NCBI GenBank assembly: GCA_037137755.1
Contig: JBAXJR010000015.1
Span: 1-53,758, forward strand
DNA from: Methanomicrobiales archaeon
GTDB taxonomy: Archaea; Halobacteriota; Methanomicrobia; Methanomicrobiales; Methanospirillaceae
DNA: 53,758 nt
Direction of reading: 5' to 3'
Part shown: positions 20,706 to 32,246 of the stretch, one piece after another
Numbering within the stretch: the first letter of the stretch is position 1
Layout: every line of letters begins with the position of its first letter
Program-made: the position numbers and the translations under genes
Notes under the pieces: model-generated
What the model was told of the DNA's origin: nothing
Database searches by the model: none
What the model saw: only the letters and a program-made list of their open reading frames with translations

Positions 20706-22556
20706 ATGGCACATGAGAAAATTTTAGGTATTGACCTCGGGACCACGTTTTCCTGCATGGCAATCATAGAAGCCGGAAAACCGGTAGTCATTCCGAACGC
20801 AGAGGGAGCAAGGACTACATCGTCCGTTGTTGCGTTCACCAAGGACGGTGAACGGATTGTGGGGAGCCTCGCAAAAAGGCAGGCTGTAACAAACCCGCAA
20901 CGGACTATCCAGTCGATTAAAAGAAAGATGGGGTCTGGAGAACGGGTTACCATCGACGACAAATCGTATTCACCACAGGAGATTTCTGCAATGATCCTTC
21001 AGAAACTGAAAGTCGATGCAGAGGCATACCTCGGTGAGAAGATCACAAAAGCAGTGATTACCGTTCCGGCTTACTTCAACGATGCGCAGCGGCAGGCAAC
21101 AAAGGATGCGGGTAGAATCGCCGGACTCGAGGTGATGAGGATAATCAATGAACCCACTGCCAGCGCACTTGCCTATGGGATTGACAAGGAGCAGGACACA
21201 ACAGTCCTGGTGTACGATCTCGGCGGGGGGACCTTTGATGTGTCAATCCTGGCACTCGGGGATGGAGTATTCGAAGTAAAATCAACGGCAGGGAATAACC
21301 ACCTTGGTGGGGACGACTTTGATATGTTGATCATGAACTACCTTGCCGATGAGTTCAGGAAGAAGGAAGGGGTCGACCTTCTCAAAGACCCGATAGCCAC
21401 ACAACGGCTCCGTGACGCAGCAGAAAATGCAAAAATAGAACTTTCGCAGAAACAGAAGACAAACATCAATCTCCCCTATATCACGACCGGCGCAAACGGC
21501 CCCAAGTTCCTTGATATTGACCTGACCCGGTCAAAACTCGAACAACTGATCGGAGGCCTGGTGGAATCAACCGTAGGACCGGTAAAACAGGCCCTCACTG
21601 ATGCAAACCTTACACCGGACAAAATCGATCATGTGCTGCTGGTGGGCGGCTCAACTCGGGTGCCTCTTGTCGTTGAAACTGTTCGGAAAATCCTGGAAAA
21701 AGAGCCGGATAAAGGAATTAACCCGGACGAATGCGTCGCCCTCGGGGCCGCAATCCAGGGAGCGGTACTCACCGGCGAGACAAAGGATATCGTTCTTCTG
21801 GATGTCACCCCGCTCACCCTCGGTATTGAGACACTCGGGGGTATTGCGACCAAGCTTATCGAGAGGAACACGACAATCCCAACAAGAAAAAGCCAGATCT
21901 TTTCAACCGCTGCCGATGGTCAGACCAGTGTCGAGATCCATGTTGTGCAGGGTGAACGGGCACTTGCCAAGGATAACCTCCCCCTCGGACGGTTCCAGCT
22001 TACCGGCATCCCGCCGGCGCAGCGGGGACTGCCACAGATTGAAGTCACCTTCGATATCGATGCCAATGGGATTATCCACGTATCGGCAAAAGACCTTGGT
22101 ACCGGAAACCAACAGGCCATTACCATCAAGGGCGACAAAAAGCTCTCAGAAGATGAGATTAAGCGGTATGTCAATGATTCGAAAAAGTTCGAGGAAGAGG
22201 ACAAAAAGAAGAAAGAGGAAATTGAAGTCCGTAACACCGCTGATACTGCGATCTTTACCGCAGAAAAAATGTTGAAAGACAGCGGGGACAAGATTGAACC
22301 GGAAGATAAAGTAAAGGTTGAGGAAGGCGTGGCAGCGCTCAGGAAGGCACTTGAGTCTGATTCAACAGATGAATTAAAGAGTAAAATGGACACCCTCACC
22401 GAAACTGTATATGCAGTCACGGCAAAGATTTACCAGAAGATTCAGCAGGAACAGCAGGAAACGGCATCTGCAGCAGGAAGCCAGGATGCCGGCAGTGAAG
22501 AAAAGAAACCAGAAGACAATGTTGTTGATGCCGATTATAAGATGAAAGAAGAGTGA
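20706..22556 (+). CDS. dnaK: Chaperone DnaK
   Basis: [37 protein letters not shown]. Confidence 0.98.
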   Translation: MAHEKILGIDLGTTFSCMAIIEAGKPVVIPNAEGARTTSSVVAFTKDGERIVGSLAKRQAVTNPQRTIQSIKRKMGSGERVTIDDKSYSPQEISAMILQKLKVDAEAYLGEKITKAVITVPAYFNDAQRQATKDAGRIAGLEVMRIINEPTASALAYGIDKEQDTTVLVYDLGGGTFDVSILALGDGVFEVKSTAGNNHLGGDDFDMLIMNYLADEFRKKEGVDLLKDPIATQRLRDAAENAKIELSQKQKTNINLPYITTGANGPKFLDIDLTRSKLEQLIGGLVESTVGPVKQALTDANLTPDKIDHVLLVGGSTRVPLVVETVRKILEKEPDKGINPDECVALGAAIQGAVLTGETKDIVLLDVTPLTLGIETLGGIATKLIERNTTIPTRKSQIFSTAADGQTSVEIHVVQGERALAKDNLPLGRFQLTGIPPAQRGLPQIEVTFDIDANGIIHVSAKDLGTGNQQAITIKGDKKLSEDEIKRYVNDSKKFEEEDKKKKEEIEVRNTADTAIFTAEKMLKDSGDKIEPEDKVKVEEGVAALRKALESDSTDELKSKMDTLTETVYAVTAKIYQKIQQEQQETASAAGSQDAGSEEKKPEDNVVDADYKMKEE

Positions 22557-22562
22557 GCGCAG

Positions 22563-23696
22563 ATGGGTGCTGGCGACTACTACGAGGTCCTTGGGATAGC
22601 AAGGACTGCCGATGACAAAGAGATCAAAAAGGCCTACCGCAACCTTGCACGAAAATATCACCCCGATGTGTGCAAGGAACCCGGTGCGGAAGAGAAGTTC
22701 AAAGAGATAAACGAGGCCTATAGCGTCCTCTCAGATTCACAGAAAAAGTCCCAGTACGATCAGCTCGGCCATACCAACTTCACCAACGCCTCAAAAGGGC
22801 AGTATTCCGGGGCAGGGGGCCCCCATGCCGGAGGTTTTTCAGCGGACTTCTCGGGCTTCGGCGATATATTTGATTTCTTCGGCGGGTCGTATGGCGGGGC
22901 AAGGGGGCCAAGAGGCCCGCAGTCAGGTAACGACGTCCTGATGCGGATGCAGATCTCCCTGGAAGAGGCAGTTGCCGGCACCGATAAAGAAGTACAACTG
23001 ATGCACAACGAACCCTGCTCAGCATGCAATGGTACCGGGAGCGAGACAAAAAAACTTCATACCTGTAAACGGTGCAACGGGTCAGGCCAGCTCCAGCAGA
23101 TGAGCCAGACCGTATTCGGCCAGTTTGTCAGGATGGCTACCTGCAACGAATGTATGGGCCGCGGGAGGGTACCTGAAAAGAAATGCCCGGAGTGCAAAGG
23201 GAGTGGACATAACAGGGTTAAAAGGACATTATCAGTCCATTTCCCGGCAGGTATCGATACCGGTATGCGCCTCAGGATGGAGGGATACGGAGAGGCGGGG
23301 GACACCGGGGCACCCAGCGGAGACCTCTTTATCGAAGTCCATGTCCGGGCGCATAGCCGTTTCGCCCGTACAGGGGACACACTCGAAACAACCCTTGAGA
23401 TAAGTCCTGCCCAGGCAGTCCTTGGTTCTTCCGAAACAATTGAAACCATAGATAATAAGCACGTAGATCTCTCAATACCGGCAGGAGTACAGCATAATAC
23501 CGCCCTGAAAATACCCGGCGAAGGCGTAAAAAGAAGGGGGAAACCGGGCGATCTCCTGGTCCGGCTTAAAATTGTCATCCCGAAATCGGTCCCACCTGAA
23601 CAACGAGAATTTTACCAGAATATCCTCGAAGCGGAAGGGAAAAAGGCAGGGAGTTCAAAAAAAGGCATATTCTCCGGATTACGGGGTAAGAAGTAA
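22563..23696 (+). CDS. dnaJ: Chaperone DnaJ
   Basis: HPD J-domain, G/F-rich region, four CxxCxGxG repeats. Confidence 0.98.
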   Translation: MGAGDYYEVLGIARTADDKEIKKAYRNLARKYHPDVCKEPGAEEKFKEINEAYSVLSDSQKKSQYDQLGHTNFTNASKGQYSGAGGPHAGGFSADFSGFGDIFDFFGGSYGGARGPRGPQSGNDVLMRMQISLEEAVAGTDKEVQLMHNEPCSACNGTGSETKKLHTCKRCNGSGQLQQMSQTVFGQFVRMATCNECMGRGRVPEKKCPECKGSGHNRVKRTLSVHFPAGIDTGMRLRMEGYGEAGDTGAPSGDLFIEVHVRAHSRFARTGDTLETTLEISPAQAVLGSSETIETIDNKHVDLSIPAGVQHNTALKIPGEGVKRRGKPGDLLVRLKIVIPKSVPPEQREFYQNILEAEGKKAGSSKKGIFSGLRGKK

Positions 23697-23698
23697 GA

Positions 23699-24160
23699 CT
23701 ATTCCGGGGAATGCCTTCCCGTCATGATTACCCAGTCTATTGTTTCAAGTAATTCTTTTAACAGGTATGGTTTTGGAAGAATTCCCACGAACCCGTTTTT
23801 TTTATACTCATCTGTCAGGCAGTCCTGAAAATGTCCGGTTGTTGCAATGGCCCGCACATCCGGGTCAATCTCCTTAATCCTGGCAACAGTCTCTATTCCA
23901 CCCATCCCGTCAGGAATTGTCAGGTCAATAATCGCCACATCTACCGTTCGTCCTGATGAGAGCGCCTGGGTATACACATCGATTGCCTGCTCCCCGTTAC
24001 ATGCGGTATATACAATAAACCCATTGATACCGAGCAACTTTCCATACGAATCAAGGATGCTCTCTTCATCGTCCATGAGCAGGATAACATAAGGGGGTTT
24101 GGTGCATTGGCCCCTGACACTATTAAAGCGTTCATTATTCTGCGGGAAAGGTTGTTGCAT
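23699..24160 (-). CDS. Stand-alone response regulator receiver domain
   Basis: ILLMDDE, IIDLTIPDGMGG, ATTG and LPKPY; start uncertain. Confidence 0.88.
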   Translation of the reverse strand: MQQPFPQNNERFNSVRGQCTKPPYVILLMDDEESILDSYGKLLGINGFIVYTACNGEQAIDVYTQALSSGRTVDVAIIDLTIPDGMGGIETVARIKEIDPDVRAIATTGHFQDCLTDEYKKNGFVGILPKPYLLKELLETIDWVIMTGRHSPE

Positions 24161-24465
24161 CGTTCAAAACCCCGGATCAACCAAGATTGCGCGTTCTGTT
24201 TTTCTGCTGATACATTGGTACCTGTTGATCGGTCATCAGCAGCAATATCCCAATGCCATGTTAAGAATGGTAGCAGGTTAGCGATATTTCTTTTCGACAG
24301 GTCCTATACCAATGGCCATTGCCGGGAGATATATACTCATTAACTGAAAGGTGCCCGTAACAGGACAGGTTTTTACGGGTAGCCTGACTTTGAAATATCT
24401 GCCTTCATGTCCGGTTGTGAATTGATACGATACCCCAACCAATTTCTTTCCTGAGAACGACTTCT

Positions 24466-25428
24466 ATGACAATGAAACTCCTCTTCCTTCTTTCCGGGGA
24501 ACACCCGACACTGCCATGTTCGGAATTATCATGCTTGGGAGAGGTAACCGATTCACGACCACAGGTCGCTGTTGTGGTATGCGGCAGGGCTTCACCTGTA
24601 ACAAGACTGGCAATGTCCCACGCTGTCATGGAGTACCTTGGTGAATGCCCGGCAGATATCAGGTCATTCCAGCAACTCATGAAGGACCTGTCACTTTCAG
24701 CCCCGGGACCATTCATTGCAAGGGTAAAGAAAATCGAAGGGGCAGAAATCACAGAGCCTACATCATCGCTTGAGCGGATGATGGGAGGGGCAATTTCCGG
24801 AACGGTATCCCTTGATCATCCATCACATGAGTATAGGGCGATATGTTCCGGAGACCGCTGTTACATAGGGAAGTTACGCTGTACTATCGACAGGGGCTCA
24901 TTTGATGCAAGGAACCCGGGAAAACGGGTATTTTTTCACCCGGGTGTGATGATGCCCCGAATTGCACGGTCTATCGTAAATCTCTCATTCGTAGCGGAGG
25001 GGGAACGGTTTCTTGACCCGTTCTGCGGAACAGGCGGAGTCCTCATCGAGGCAGGGATGGTTGGCGCAATTACCACCGGTGGAGATATGGACGTTTTCAT
25101 GGTAAGGGGAACACGCAGGAATATTTCCGGCGCGGGGCTGTTTCTTGCAGATGCTGGCAACCTTCCGGTAAAAGATAATTCTGTTGATGCTGTAGCGACA
25201 GACCTTCCCTACGGCCAGTCTTCGTCAATCATGGCAGAAGGTCTTGAATCGTTGTATACGCAGTCACTTGAAGAGATCAGGAGAGTCCTGAAACCTGGGA
25301 AGCGGGCGGTTATTGTAACACACCGGGACATCAGGGCAATTGCTTCCCCGATTATGGATATCTGTGAATTTCACGAACAACGTGTTCATAAAAGTCTCAC
25401 GCGGCGTATCATGGTGCTATCGTCATAA
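24466..25428 (+). CDS. tRNA m2G10 methyltransferase (Trm11/TrmG10-like)
   Basis: LSGEHP, LDPFCGTGG, TDLPYG, VHKSLTR. Confidence 0.88.
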   Translation: MTMKLLFLLSGEHPTLPCSELSCLGEVTDSRPQVAVVVCGRASPVTRLAMSHAVMEYLGECPADIRSFQQLMKDLSLSAPGPFIARVKKIEGAEITEPTSSLERMMGGAISGTVSLDHPSHEYRAICSGDRCYIGKLRCTIDRGSFDARNPGKRVFFHPGVMMPRIARSIVNLSFVAEGERFLDPFCGTGGVLIEAGMVGAITTGGDMDVFMVRGTRRNISGAGLFLADAGNLPVKDNSVDAVATDLPYGQSSSIMAEGLESLYTQSLEEIRRVLKPGKRAVIVTHRDIRAIASPIMDICEFHEQRVHKSLTRRIMVLSS

Positions 25429-25568
25429 GCTACAATAATCCAGGCATTTTTTTCAAAAAATCATCTCTGAGTGATATATCTGACGAAATTGTACGCGGGG
25501 GTTCGCCAAGCCCGGGTTTTAACTACTGTCCATGAGAATCCACGAATATAAACAGACGAAATTTCTTT

Positions 25569-26381
25569 TTAAAGCCGCCGTAATTTCCGGTCTACTTTTT
25601 CAAAGAAATTCTTCCTCGCATCCACAAACAACGCAGGCTGTGCAGCTTTCCGGACAGTAATTGTACCTCCTGCATCAAATTCAAACGTGTTCTGCCCGTC
25701 AATCACGAGTTTTGCAGGTTTGGTACTTTCGAGCCGGATTTCCAGTGACCGGTCAGTGCTGATAACATGCGGCCGGGAGGAGAGGAGATATGGTGCGAGG
25801 GGTACCAGCACTACCCCCTCAATTCTCGGGTCGACAATCGGACCTCCTGCGCTCATCGCATACGCAGTCGAACCAGTCGGGGTACTGATAAGAAGCCCGT
25901 CAGCCCGGAATTTTTCTGCGGGGACACCATCAACCACCACAACGAACCTGAGCATCTTTGCCGGGCGGCTTGTGATAATGAGTGCCTCATTCAGTGCGTT
26001 CCCCAGCATTTCACCATTCCGCGTAAGAATAAGCCTCATCCTCTGTTCTATTGGGAAACCGGGCTCCAGTTCACGTAAAAATTTTTCTGCTTCGATGGGT
26101 TCTATGTCTGCAAGGAAACCCACCTCCCCCCAGTTAATCCCCAGTATCGGCTTCTGGTCTACCATGCGCTGCACAGAATGGAGTATTGTCCCATCACCAC
26201 CAATTACCACGGCGAGTGATGCATCTGATTCCTCCAGTAAACATCCCCTGACACCGATTGCATCGGCAGTGGTCTGATCAAAACTGATATCATGGCCCCA
26301 GCCTGAAAGGAGACGCCCGGTCTGTTCTGTGTAAAGCAGTGCGTCCCGGTCATCAATCCTGGATATGAGAATAATTTTCAT
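25569..26381 (-). CDS. nadK: NAD kinase
   Basis: [30 protein letters not shown]. Confidence 0.95.
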   Translation of the reverse strand: MKIILISRIDDRDALLYTEQTGRLLSGWGHDISFDQTTADAIGVRGCLLEESDASLAVVIGGDGTILHSVQRMVDQKPILGINWGEVGFLADIEPIEAEKFLRELEPGFPIEQRMRLILTRNGEMLGNALNEALIITSRPAKMLRFVVVVDGVPAEKFRADGLLISTPTGSTAYAMSAGGPIVDPRIEGVVLVPLAPYLLSSRPHVISTDRSLEIRLESTKPAKLVIDGQNTFEFDAGGTITVRKAAQPALFVDARKNFFEKVDRKLRRL

Positions 26382-26385
26382 GCCG

Positions 26386-27162
26386 CTACCTCAGGTACTC
26401 AATCACCTTATGGTGCAGGACTGCATTCGTGGCGACCATGCACCGGCCAATAGTCACCTCGTCGGGGAATTTAATCGCATTTCCGTTCATATCGGAAACT
26501 TTTCCACCGGCTTCAGTACAGATAAGCATCCCTGCCGCTGCATCAGTTACCCGGAGCGTACCCCGAAGGTCGATAAAACCGTCAATACGTCCCGCCCCGA
26601 TATAACTGAGCTCAAGGGCTGAAGCACCAAGAAGGCGCCACCGCCTGATCTTCTGTCCAAGTTGCATTACACGCTTCGGGTCAAATTTACGGCCGTAGAT
26701 GCTTAATGCGGCCTCATCAAGGTTAGCAGTCTGAGAAACCTGCAGGATTTTCCCCGCCATGTGAGCACCTTTTCCCCGGATGGCGCTGAAAGTTTCACCA
26801 TTCGCAAGGTCGCGGACGTAGGCCTTATCAACGCGCCCCCCTTCCGCATATGCTATGGAAAGGGCATAGAAGGGGATGCCATTCACCGCGTTATACGTCC
26901 CATCCACCGGGTCAAGGAATATGGTGCCATCTTCTCCATCAAATTCACGTTTTCCCAGCTCCTCGCTGATCAAAGTCCGGCAAAGTGGGTTTTCTGAAAG
27001 ATAATCCACAATGCAGTCCTCGGCGACCTGGTCGATCAGCTTGGTAGGTGTCCCGTCTGCGCCCATCCGGATCATCCTGCCTCCCTCAGGGGTACCAACC
27101 AGATCACGTATTGCATCCTCTACCGCTACCGCCATCTGATCACAGGATTTGAGGAATTCCAT
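26386..27162 (-). CDS. suhB: Inositol monophosphatase / FBPase-family phosphatase
   Basis: GADGTPT, SEE, LDPVDGT, DAAAG. Confidence 0.9.
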   Translation of the reverse strand: MEFLKSCDQMAVAVEDAIRDLVGTPEGGRMIRMGADGTPTKLIDQVAEDCIVDYLSENPLCRTLISEELGKREFDGEDGTIFLDPVDGTYNAVNGIPFYALSIAYAEGGRVDKAYVRDLANGETFSAIRGKGAHMAGKILQVSQTANLDEAALSIYGRKFDPKRVMQLGQKIRRWRLLGASALELSYIGAGRIDGFIDLRGTLRVTDAAAGMLICTEAGGKVSDMNGNAIKFPDEVTIGRCMVATNAVLHHKVIEYLR

Positions 27163-27241
27163 ATCAGCACCAGTGCATTCTTACGTTGTATTTATGTAAT
27201 GTCATAAAGATAAATTACTACTGCGTTTAAAGAGTTGGACT

Positions 27242-27625
27242 ATGAAGGAACAGACCGAAATTGGAAAATTAAAGGAAGGCCGTTACATGGTCATCGAAGA
27301 TGAGCCATGCAGAATAGTTGCTATATCTATATCAAAGCCAGGCAAACATGGGGCCGCAAAATCAAGGATTGAGGCCATCGGAATTTTTGACGGTGTAAAA
27401 CGTTCAGTTGTTCAGCCGGTTTCAGCAAGGACTTACGTGCCTATTGTAGAACGGAAGAGCGGGCAGGTCATTACGATCACGGGAAATGTGATCCAGATGA
27501 TGGATATGAAAGATTTCCAGACGATCGAGATCCCAACCGATGCAGATAAACTTGCGGGAATCGAGGTTGGAAAAGAGATCATGTATATCGAATCGATGGG
27601 AAAACGAAAATTAGATATCGAGTGA
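27242..27625 (+). CDS. eif5A: Translation factor aIF5A
   Basis: Hypusine loop SKPGKHGAAK. Confidence 0.96.
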   Translation: MKEQTEIGKLKEGRYMVIEDEPCRIVAISISKPGKHGAAKSRIEAIGIFDGVKRSVVQPVSARTYVPIVERKSGQVITITGNVIQMMDMKDFQTIEIPTDADKLAGIEVGKEIMYIESMGKRKLDIE

Positions 27626-27831
27626 CCCGGCCGGCATAGGTCATAAAACAACCATAAACAAAATTTTTTTTTATCAGCTGGATGAAAATCCGGCAACGAA
27701 AATGAAAGGTTTTCCCGATTATTTTGAGCCATATGATTTCATAGGGTTTGTTTATACCGAAGGATTTTTTTTCACCAGCTCAATCATATGGAATCCGGGT
27801 GTTAATCAGATTAAATACGAAAATCAGCCGG

Positions 27832-28111
27832 CATGAAAAACCCCGTGAAAACATCTGATAGATCCTTCTTTTTTCATAGCCGTCTATGAGCCTGAAGGGT
27901 CATATCACGCTATGCTGACTTCCTCTACAATTCATCTTACTGATGGAGTCCTGGTAATTCTCACAGGGCTTCGCCCCGCCGATTTGGCGAACCAGGTTGA
28001 GATAAGGTACAGCATCTCTAACCTCTGAAATTTTCATGAGCCTAACCGTTGAGCCCTGCCAGAAAGATAATCTTATTGGGGGCAGGGGGAGTGGTAAAAC
28101 CCCCTCCTGTC
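27832..28111. other. Structured ORF-less segment (candidate ncRNA or mobile-element relic)
   Basis: Several nested inverted repeats and a terminal GC-rich palindrome between convergent genes. Confidence 0.4.
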
Positions 28112-28195
28112 AAAGGTATTTCATCTTTTCATGCAAGATGTCAACAGAGGATAACAGTAAAAAAATTGCCGGGTATTGACAGTACCGGGATACCC

Positions 28196-28996
28196 CTAGT
28201 ATTTTCCAATATATCGCTGTGGTACCATCACATCAATACGATACGAATGGACCATGTGGGGTGTTATGATGAAGTAATAGTTATGGTTCTCAACACCCTC
28301 GTAGAATTTTTCAACCCAGGGCCTTGGGTCATACTCCTTTCCTTTTGCCCATAGCTTCGCATCAAGACCTCCAGGGGGTGTGATCGTCCTTATAGTCCGG
28401 TTTGGCTGGTCCGCGTCGATTACCTGGATGGAAAACGAGGGAAATACCTCGGTTCCAAATGAATCGGCAACACCCGCCGCCTTATTCCCGGTTGTTCCTG
28501 TAAATGTTGTGTCGTAGGGGTTAACGGTATAGCGGAGTTCCCAGTACGGGAAAGGCATAGAAATCGGCTGGGTTGATCCAGGGTCTTTTCCCTCGATAGT
28601 GGCGTAGGTGACCATCGGATTTGATTCAAATTCGCTTGTCTGTGATGCGACCCCTGTATGGGCAATCGGGGTCGGTACGGGTGTCTGGTTATACCGTGCG
28701 GGATCAACAAAGCCGATGCCCTGAGACTGACCGCTCCACGAAGGCTTCGGCGTTGGGGTTGACGTAGGCGCCGCTGTCGTCACCCGGGGCATATTTTGTG
28801 CTGCCATGTAACGTTCATAGGCGTCGTCTATTGTAACGACGGGTGTGGGGGTAGAAGTCGGCGTAGCAATTCCGGGAATCGCTACAGGAATACTCATATC
28901 CACCGGTTTACCGGTTACCATGGGTTTCACGACGAACGCTACGACCAGCACGATCGCGAGACCAAGGACCACCATTATCACGTCCCGCTTCTCCAT
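28196..28996 (-). CDS. Membrane-anchored Pro/Thr-rich hypothetical surface protein
   Basis: N-terminal TM segment, PTSTPTP linkers, globular C-terminal domain. Confidence 0.85.
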   Translation of the reverse strand: MEKRDVIMVVLGLAIVLVVAFVVKPMVTGKPVDMSIPVAIPGIATPTSTPTPVVTIDDAYERYMAAQNMPRVTTAAPTSTPTPKPSWSGQSQGIGFVDPARYNQTPVPTPIAHTGVASQTSEFESNPMVTYATIEGKDPGSTQPISMPFPYWELRYTVNPYDTTFTGTTGNKAAGVADSFGTEVFPSFSIQVIDADQPNRTIRTITPPGGLDAKLWAKGKEYDPRPWVEKFYEGVENHNYYFIITPHMVHSYRIDVMVPQRYIGKY

Positions 28997-29328
28997 ACGA
29001 TAATTTTGGCGGTCATTACTATAAGAGGATGCATCCTGTCACATGAGCAAACCTGGCAACCACATACCGGAAGCAGGGTTTCAAATCGGTACCGTTGGAA
29101 ACCCAAACGAAGAAAAGGTTAAGATAGAGAATCCGGGTATGCACCCTTATTATCCCAATCCTGAATTAACAATACGTTAGAAATTATTTTCCGGTATTCA
29201 GGGGTGTTATTTGTTCAGTATCGGGGTAACAACAGAGGTGATCAGATTCAACATACCGGCATCACCCTTGTATACCCGGCTGTCACTTATGGGATTCTTC
29301 ACAAAATACAGATTCCCGCAAATCGGAG

Positions 29329-29790
29329 TTAATGACCGTATTGTACTGAGGTTTCCCCATATTGGACTACATGACCAGCCATTGCCTTTATTAATTCATC
29401 TTTCCCGGAACCAGCGGCAAGGGGGAGAATAGTGTCGAGCCCGTATACTTTGAAATCATAGCGGTGTGTCTGCCCTGTCGGAGGGCATGGCCCTTAATAC
29501 CCGATCCTTCCAGCATTGTTCACTCCCTGGAGCGCGCCGATCGGGAAGGTTATAGCGGGTGTTTTCGGAATATCTTCCGGGAGAACAGAAACAAGCTCCA
29601 TATTCCACATTATCCAGTGTACAAAACCTTTTCCACCCGGGGCATCAGGATCGTTCATGATCAGGCCAAGTGTTTTTGAGACCGAATTATCAATTCCATG
29701 GATTTCGAGTGGAGGCGATTTATCCTCTCCATCACAGGTATACGCAGGGGGTAGCGTCTTCATGGATATTGTTATTTTCAGTTCTTTCAT
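29329..29790 (-). pseudogene. YbhB/YbcL (PEBP) gene interrupted by an in-frame TAA
   Basis: ...GRIGY*GPCPPTGQTHRYDFKVYGLD...GHVVQYGETSVQYGH* continues in frame past the TAA at 29494-29496 and aligns with the neighbouring paralog. Confidence 0.85.
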
Positions 29791-29907
29791 AGCTACAAAA
29801 CCAGCTCCGCTATAATAAAAGTATCTTATCAGTCCCACAAAAAAAGCCCTGGCACGATTCACCAGCAGGAATACCGAAGGGAGGCAGTTGATATGAATCA
29901 TCGATAC

Positions 29908-30363
29908 CTACCTGGTGTACATCGCAATCGTTTCGCCAAACTGGAGTACGTGCCCCCTCATCGCAGCCACCAGCTCGCGGCTTGTGCTCCCCCCGGGGAT
30001 TTCAAGCAGGGTATCCAGTCCATACACCCTGAACTGGTACCGGTGTGACTCCCCAGGTGGCGGACAGGGACCGGTATATCCGGTTATCCCATAGTCATTC
30101 ATCCCCTGGTTACAGGTGATCGGTGAAGTTACATGGGGAATTTTTGGAATATTTCCGGGAATGATCCCCATTGGCGGTATATTCCAGATCAGCCAGGGAG
30201 TAAATGAACAACACGAGCGGATATAGGGGTTTATCACCCAGATCGCCACTGATGAAGATTCAAGCCCCTGCAGTTGGATCCGTGGAGACTCATCCCCACC
30301 ATCACAGGTGCAGGTCGGTGGGAACTCGAGGAAATCCAAGGATACATTGAGATATCCGACCAA
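29908..30363 (-). CDS. YbhB/YbcL (PEBP) family protein
   Basis: TCDGGDESP, WLIWNIP, GYTGPCPP, HRYQFRVYGLD. Confidence 0.9.
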   Translation of the reverse strand: MVGYLNVSLDFLEFPPTCTCDGGDESPRIQLQGLESSSVAIWVINPYIRSCCSFTPWLIWNIPPMGIIPGNIPKIPHVTSPITCNQGMNDYGITGYTGPCPPPGESHRYQFRVYGLDTLLEIPGGSTSRELVAAMRGHVLQFGETIAMYTR

Positions 30364-30655
30364 TAATCATTCCACCCAGAACGAGACTTATCAGTTATAC
30401 CATATAATATCTCCTGGTTTGCATACCTATACCATTGAGTTATGGAAAAATTGGCTTTGTTGGAACACATATAAACAGGGAGGAAAAATGCTGAAATCCT
30501 CTGGAAATAACTCTGGCCGGTTATGACAATTCCAGGGCAACGTTCCTGGAAACAATTTTGATACCAGACACCAGGATCCCTGCGTAGCGATTCCTGGTAG
30601 TCTTAACAAAGTTATTCCGGTATGATGAATTGTACCTCTCTAAGCAGGTCTGATT

Positions 30656-31102
30656 ATGGTGTATTCCAGCGGTTCCCGTGAACCTGAATTTTTCTGCTAT
30701 ACCGATGGGGCTTCCCGGGGCAATCCCGGACCCGCTTCCTATGCGTTCCTGATAGTTAAGGGAGATACAATTCTCCATGAAGAGAGCGGATTTCTCGGGG
30801 TCTGCACGAACAACGTGGCAGAATATATGGCTGTTATCCATGGCCTGCAGTGGCTTAGCCATACCACAAATGGACCTGTGCATATCTACTCAGATAGTGA
30901 ACTTGTTATTCGACAGTTATCGGGGGCTTACGCAGTAAAAAAACCACATCTTGCGGTGTTACACAAAGAAGTAACAGTACTCTCCGGAATATTTGAAACG
31001 GTTGGTTATCACTCAGTACCAAGAGAAAACCCTTTCATTGGGCAGGCAGACACGCTCTGTAACCAGGAACTGGACCGTCACCAGAATTTACATAAAGATT
31101 AG
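30656..31102 (+). CDS. rnhA: Ribonuclease HI
   Basis: YTDGASRGNPGPA, TNNVAEY, SDSELV, VPREN...AD. Confidence 0.93.
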   Translation: MVYSSGSREPEFFCYTDGASRGNPGPASYAFLIVKGDTILHEESGFLGVCTNNVAEYMAVIHGLQWLSHTTNGPVHIYSDSELVIRQLSGAYAVKKPHLAVLHKEVTVLSGIFETVGYHSVPRENPFIGQADTLCNQELDRHQNLHKD

Positions 31103-31361
31103 GCAGTTACTTATTATCCCGCTAAATCCTAATGCAGCTTGTAATCTGGTAACCCAATCCGACGGGACATGAATAAATCAGGCAGACCTTATTTTTTTCC
31201 TGCTTCACACCCAGGTCCCGGCACCCAGTACTTCAATACTCATAATTATTTCATGGCGATTATTCCAGCCCTTGATGCGGTTAAAAGAGCCGATACGTAT
31301 TTATTTATGGAGCCGTGTCCTTATAGAAAGAGACAAAATCTGCTATCAGTGAGGACTAGTA

Positions 31362-32246
31362 ATGCCAAAACAAGAGGATAAAAAGGCTGCCCCCGCCCGG
31401 GAAGCCCCCTGTACGAAAGATTGTAAGACCTGTATCACCGCAGAAAAAGGGCAGCGACCCGAATGTAACCAGAAAGCAAAGATCGATGTGAAACATGTAC
31501 TACTTGTCCTTTCAGGAAAAGGAGGGGTCGGAAAATCAACTGTTTCGGTTAACCTTGCATTTGCACTTTCGAGCCACGGTTACAAGGTCGGTCTGCTTGA
31601 CCTCGATATCCACGGACCAAATATCCCTAAAATGCTTGGAATCGAGGAGCATAAGCTTTCAGCACTTGGTGAAATGATTGAACCGGTCCATGTTACCGGG
31701 AACCTGTCAGTCATATCAATGGCATTTCTCCTCCCAGATGTGAGTACACCCATCATCTGGCGCGGTCCGATGAAGATGAGTGTCATCCACCAGTTCCTTG
31801 AAGAAGTCAACTGGGGCCCCCTTGACTTCCTTGTTGTTGATCTCCCTCCAGGGACAGGCGACGAGGCACTCACTATTGCCCAGCTTGCACCAAATGTGAA
31901 AGGTGCCGTAATTGTCACCACGCCACAGGACGTTGCAACGCTGGATTCGAAAAAGGCAATTAAATTTGTCCAGAAGTTAGGACTGCCGGTCATCGGGATT
32001 GTAGAGAATATGAGCGGGATGGTATGCCCGCATTGCAAGGAAGAGATTGATCTCTTTGGAAAAGGGGGAGGAAAAAAGATTGCCGATGAATTTGGCATAC
32101 CGTTCCTGGGGAGCATCCCGATCGATCCGGAAATGAGAAAAGCCGGCGATGAAGGTCGTCCCTACCTTATTAATCATGATAAAAATGCCACCTGGAAGAG
32201 CGTCGACAATCTCATGGAAGCATTAGTGAAGGTGGTTGAGAAATAA
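31362..32246 (+). CDS. mrp: Mrp/NBP35 Fe-S cluster carrier ATPase
   Basis: SGKGGVGKST, WRGP, DLPPGTGD, VENMS, CPHC. Confidence 0.95.
   Translation: MPKQEDKKAAPAREAPCTKDCKTCITAEKGQRPECNQKAKIDVKHVLLVLSGKGGVGKSTVSVNLAFALSSHGYKVGLLDLDIHGPNIPKMLGIEEHKLSALGEMIEPVHVTGNLSVISMAFLLPDVSTPIIWRGPMKMSVIHQFLEEVNWGPLDFLVVDLPPGTGDEALTIAQLAPNVKGAVIVTTPQDVATLDSKKAIKFVQKLGLPVIGIVENMSGMVCPHCKEEIDLFGKGGGKKIADEFGIPFLGSIPIDPEMRKAGDEGRPYLINHDKNATWKSVDNLMEALVKVVEK

Noticed and set aside
28040-28054. GCCTAAC/GTTGAGC as an integron attC site
   Set aside because: The two boxes are adjacent, with no L boxes or central stem, and there is no integrase
29494-29496. Recoded stop (pyrrolysine or selenocysteine)
   Set aside because: The codon is TAA, not TAG or TGA
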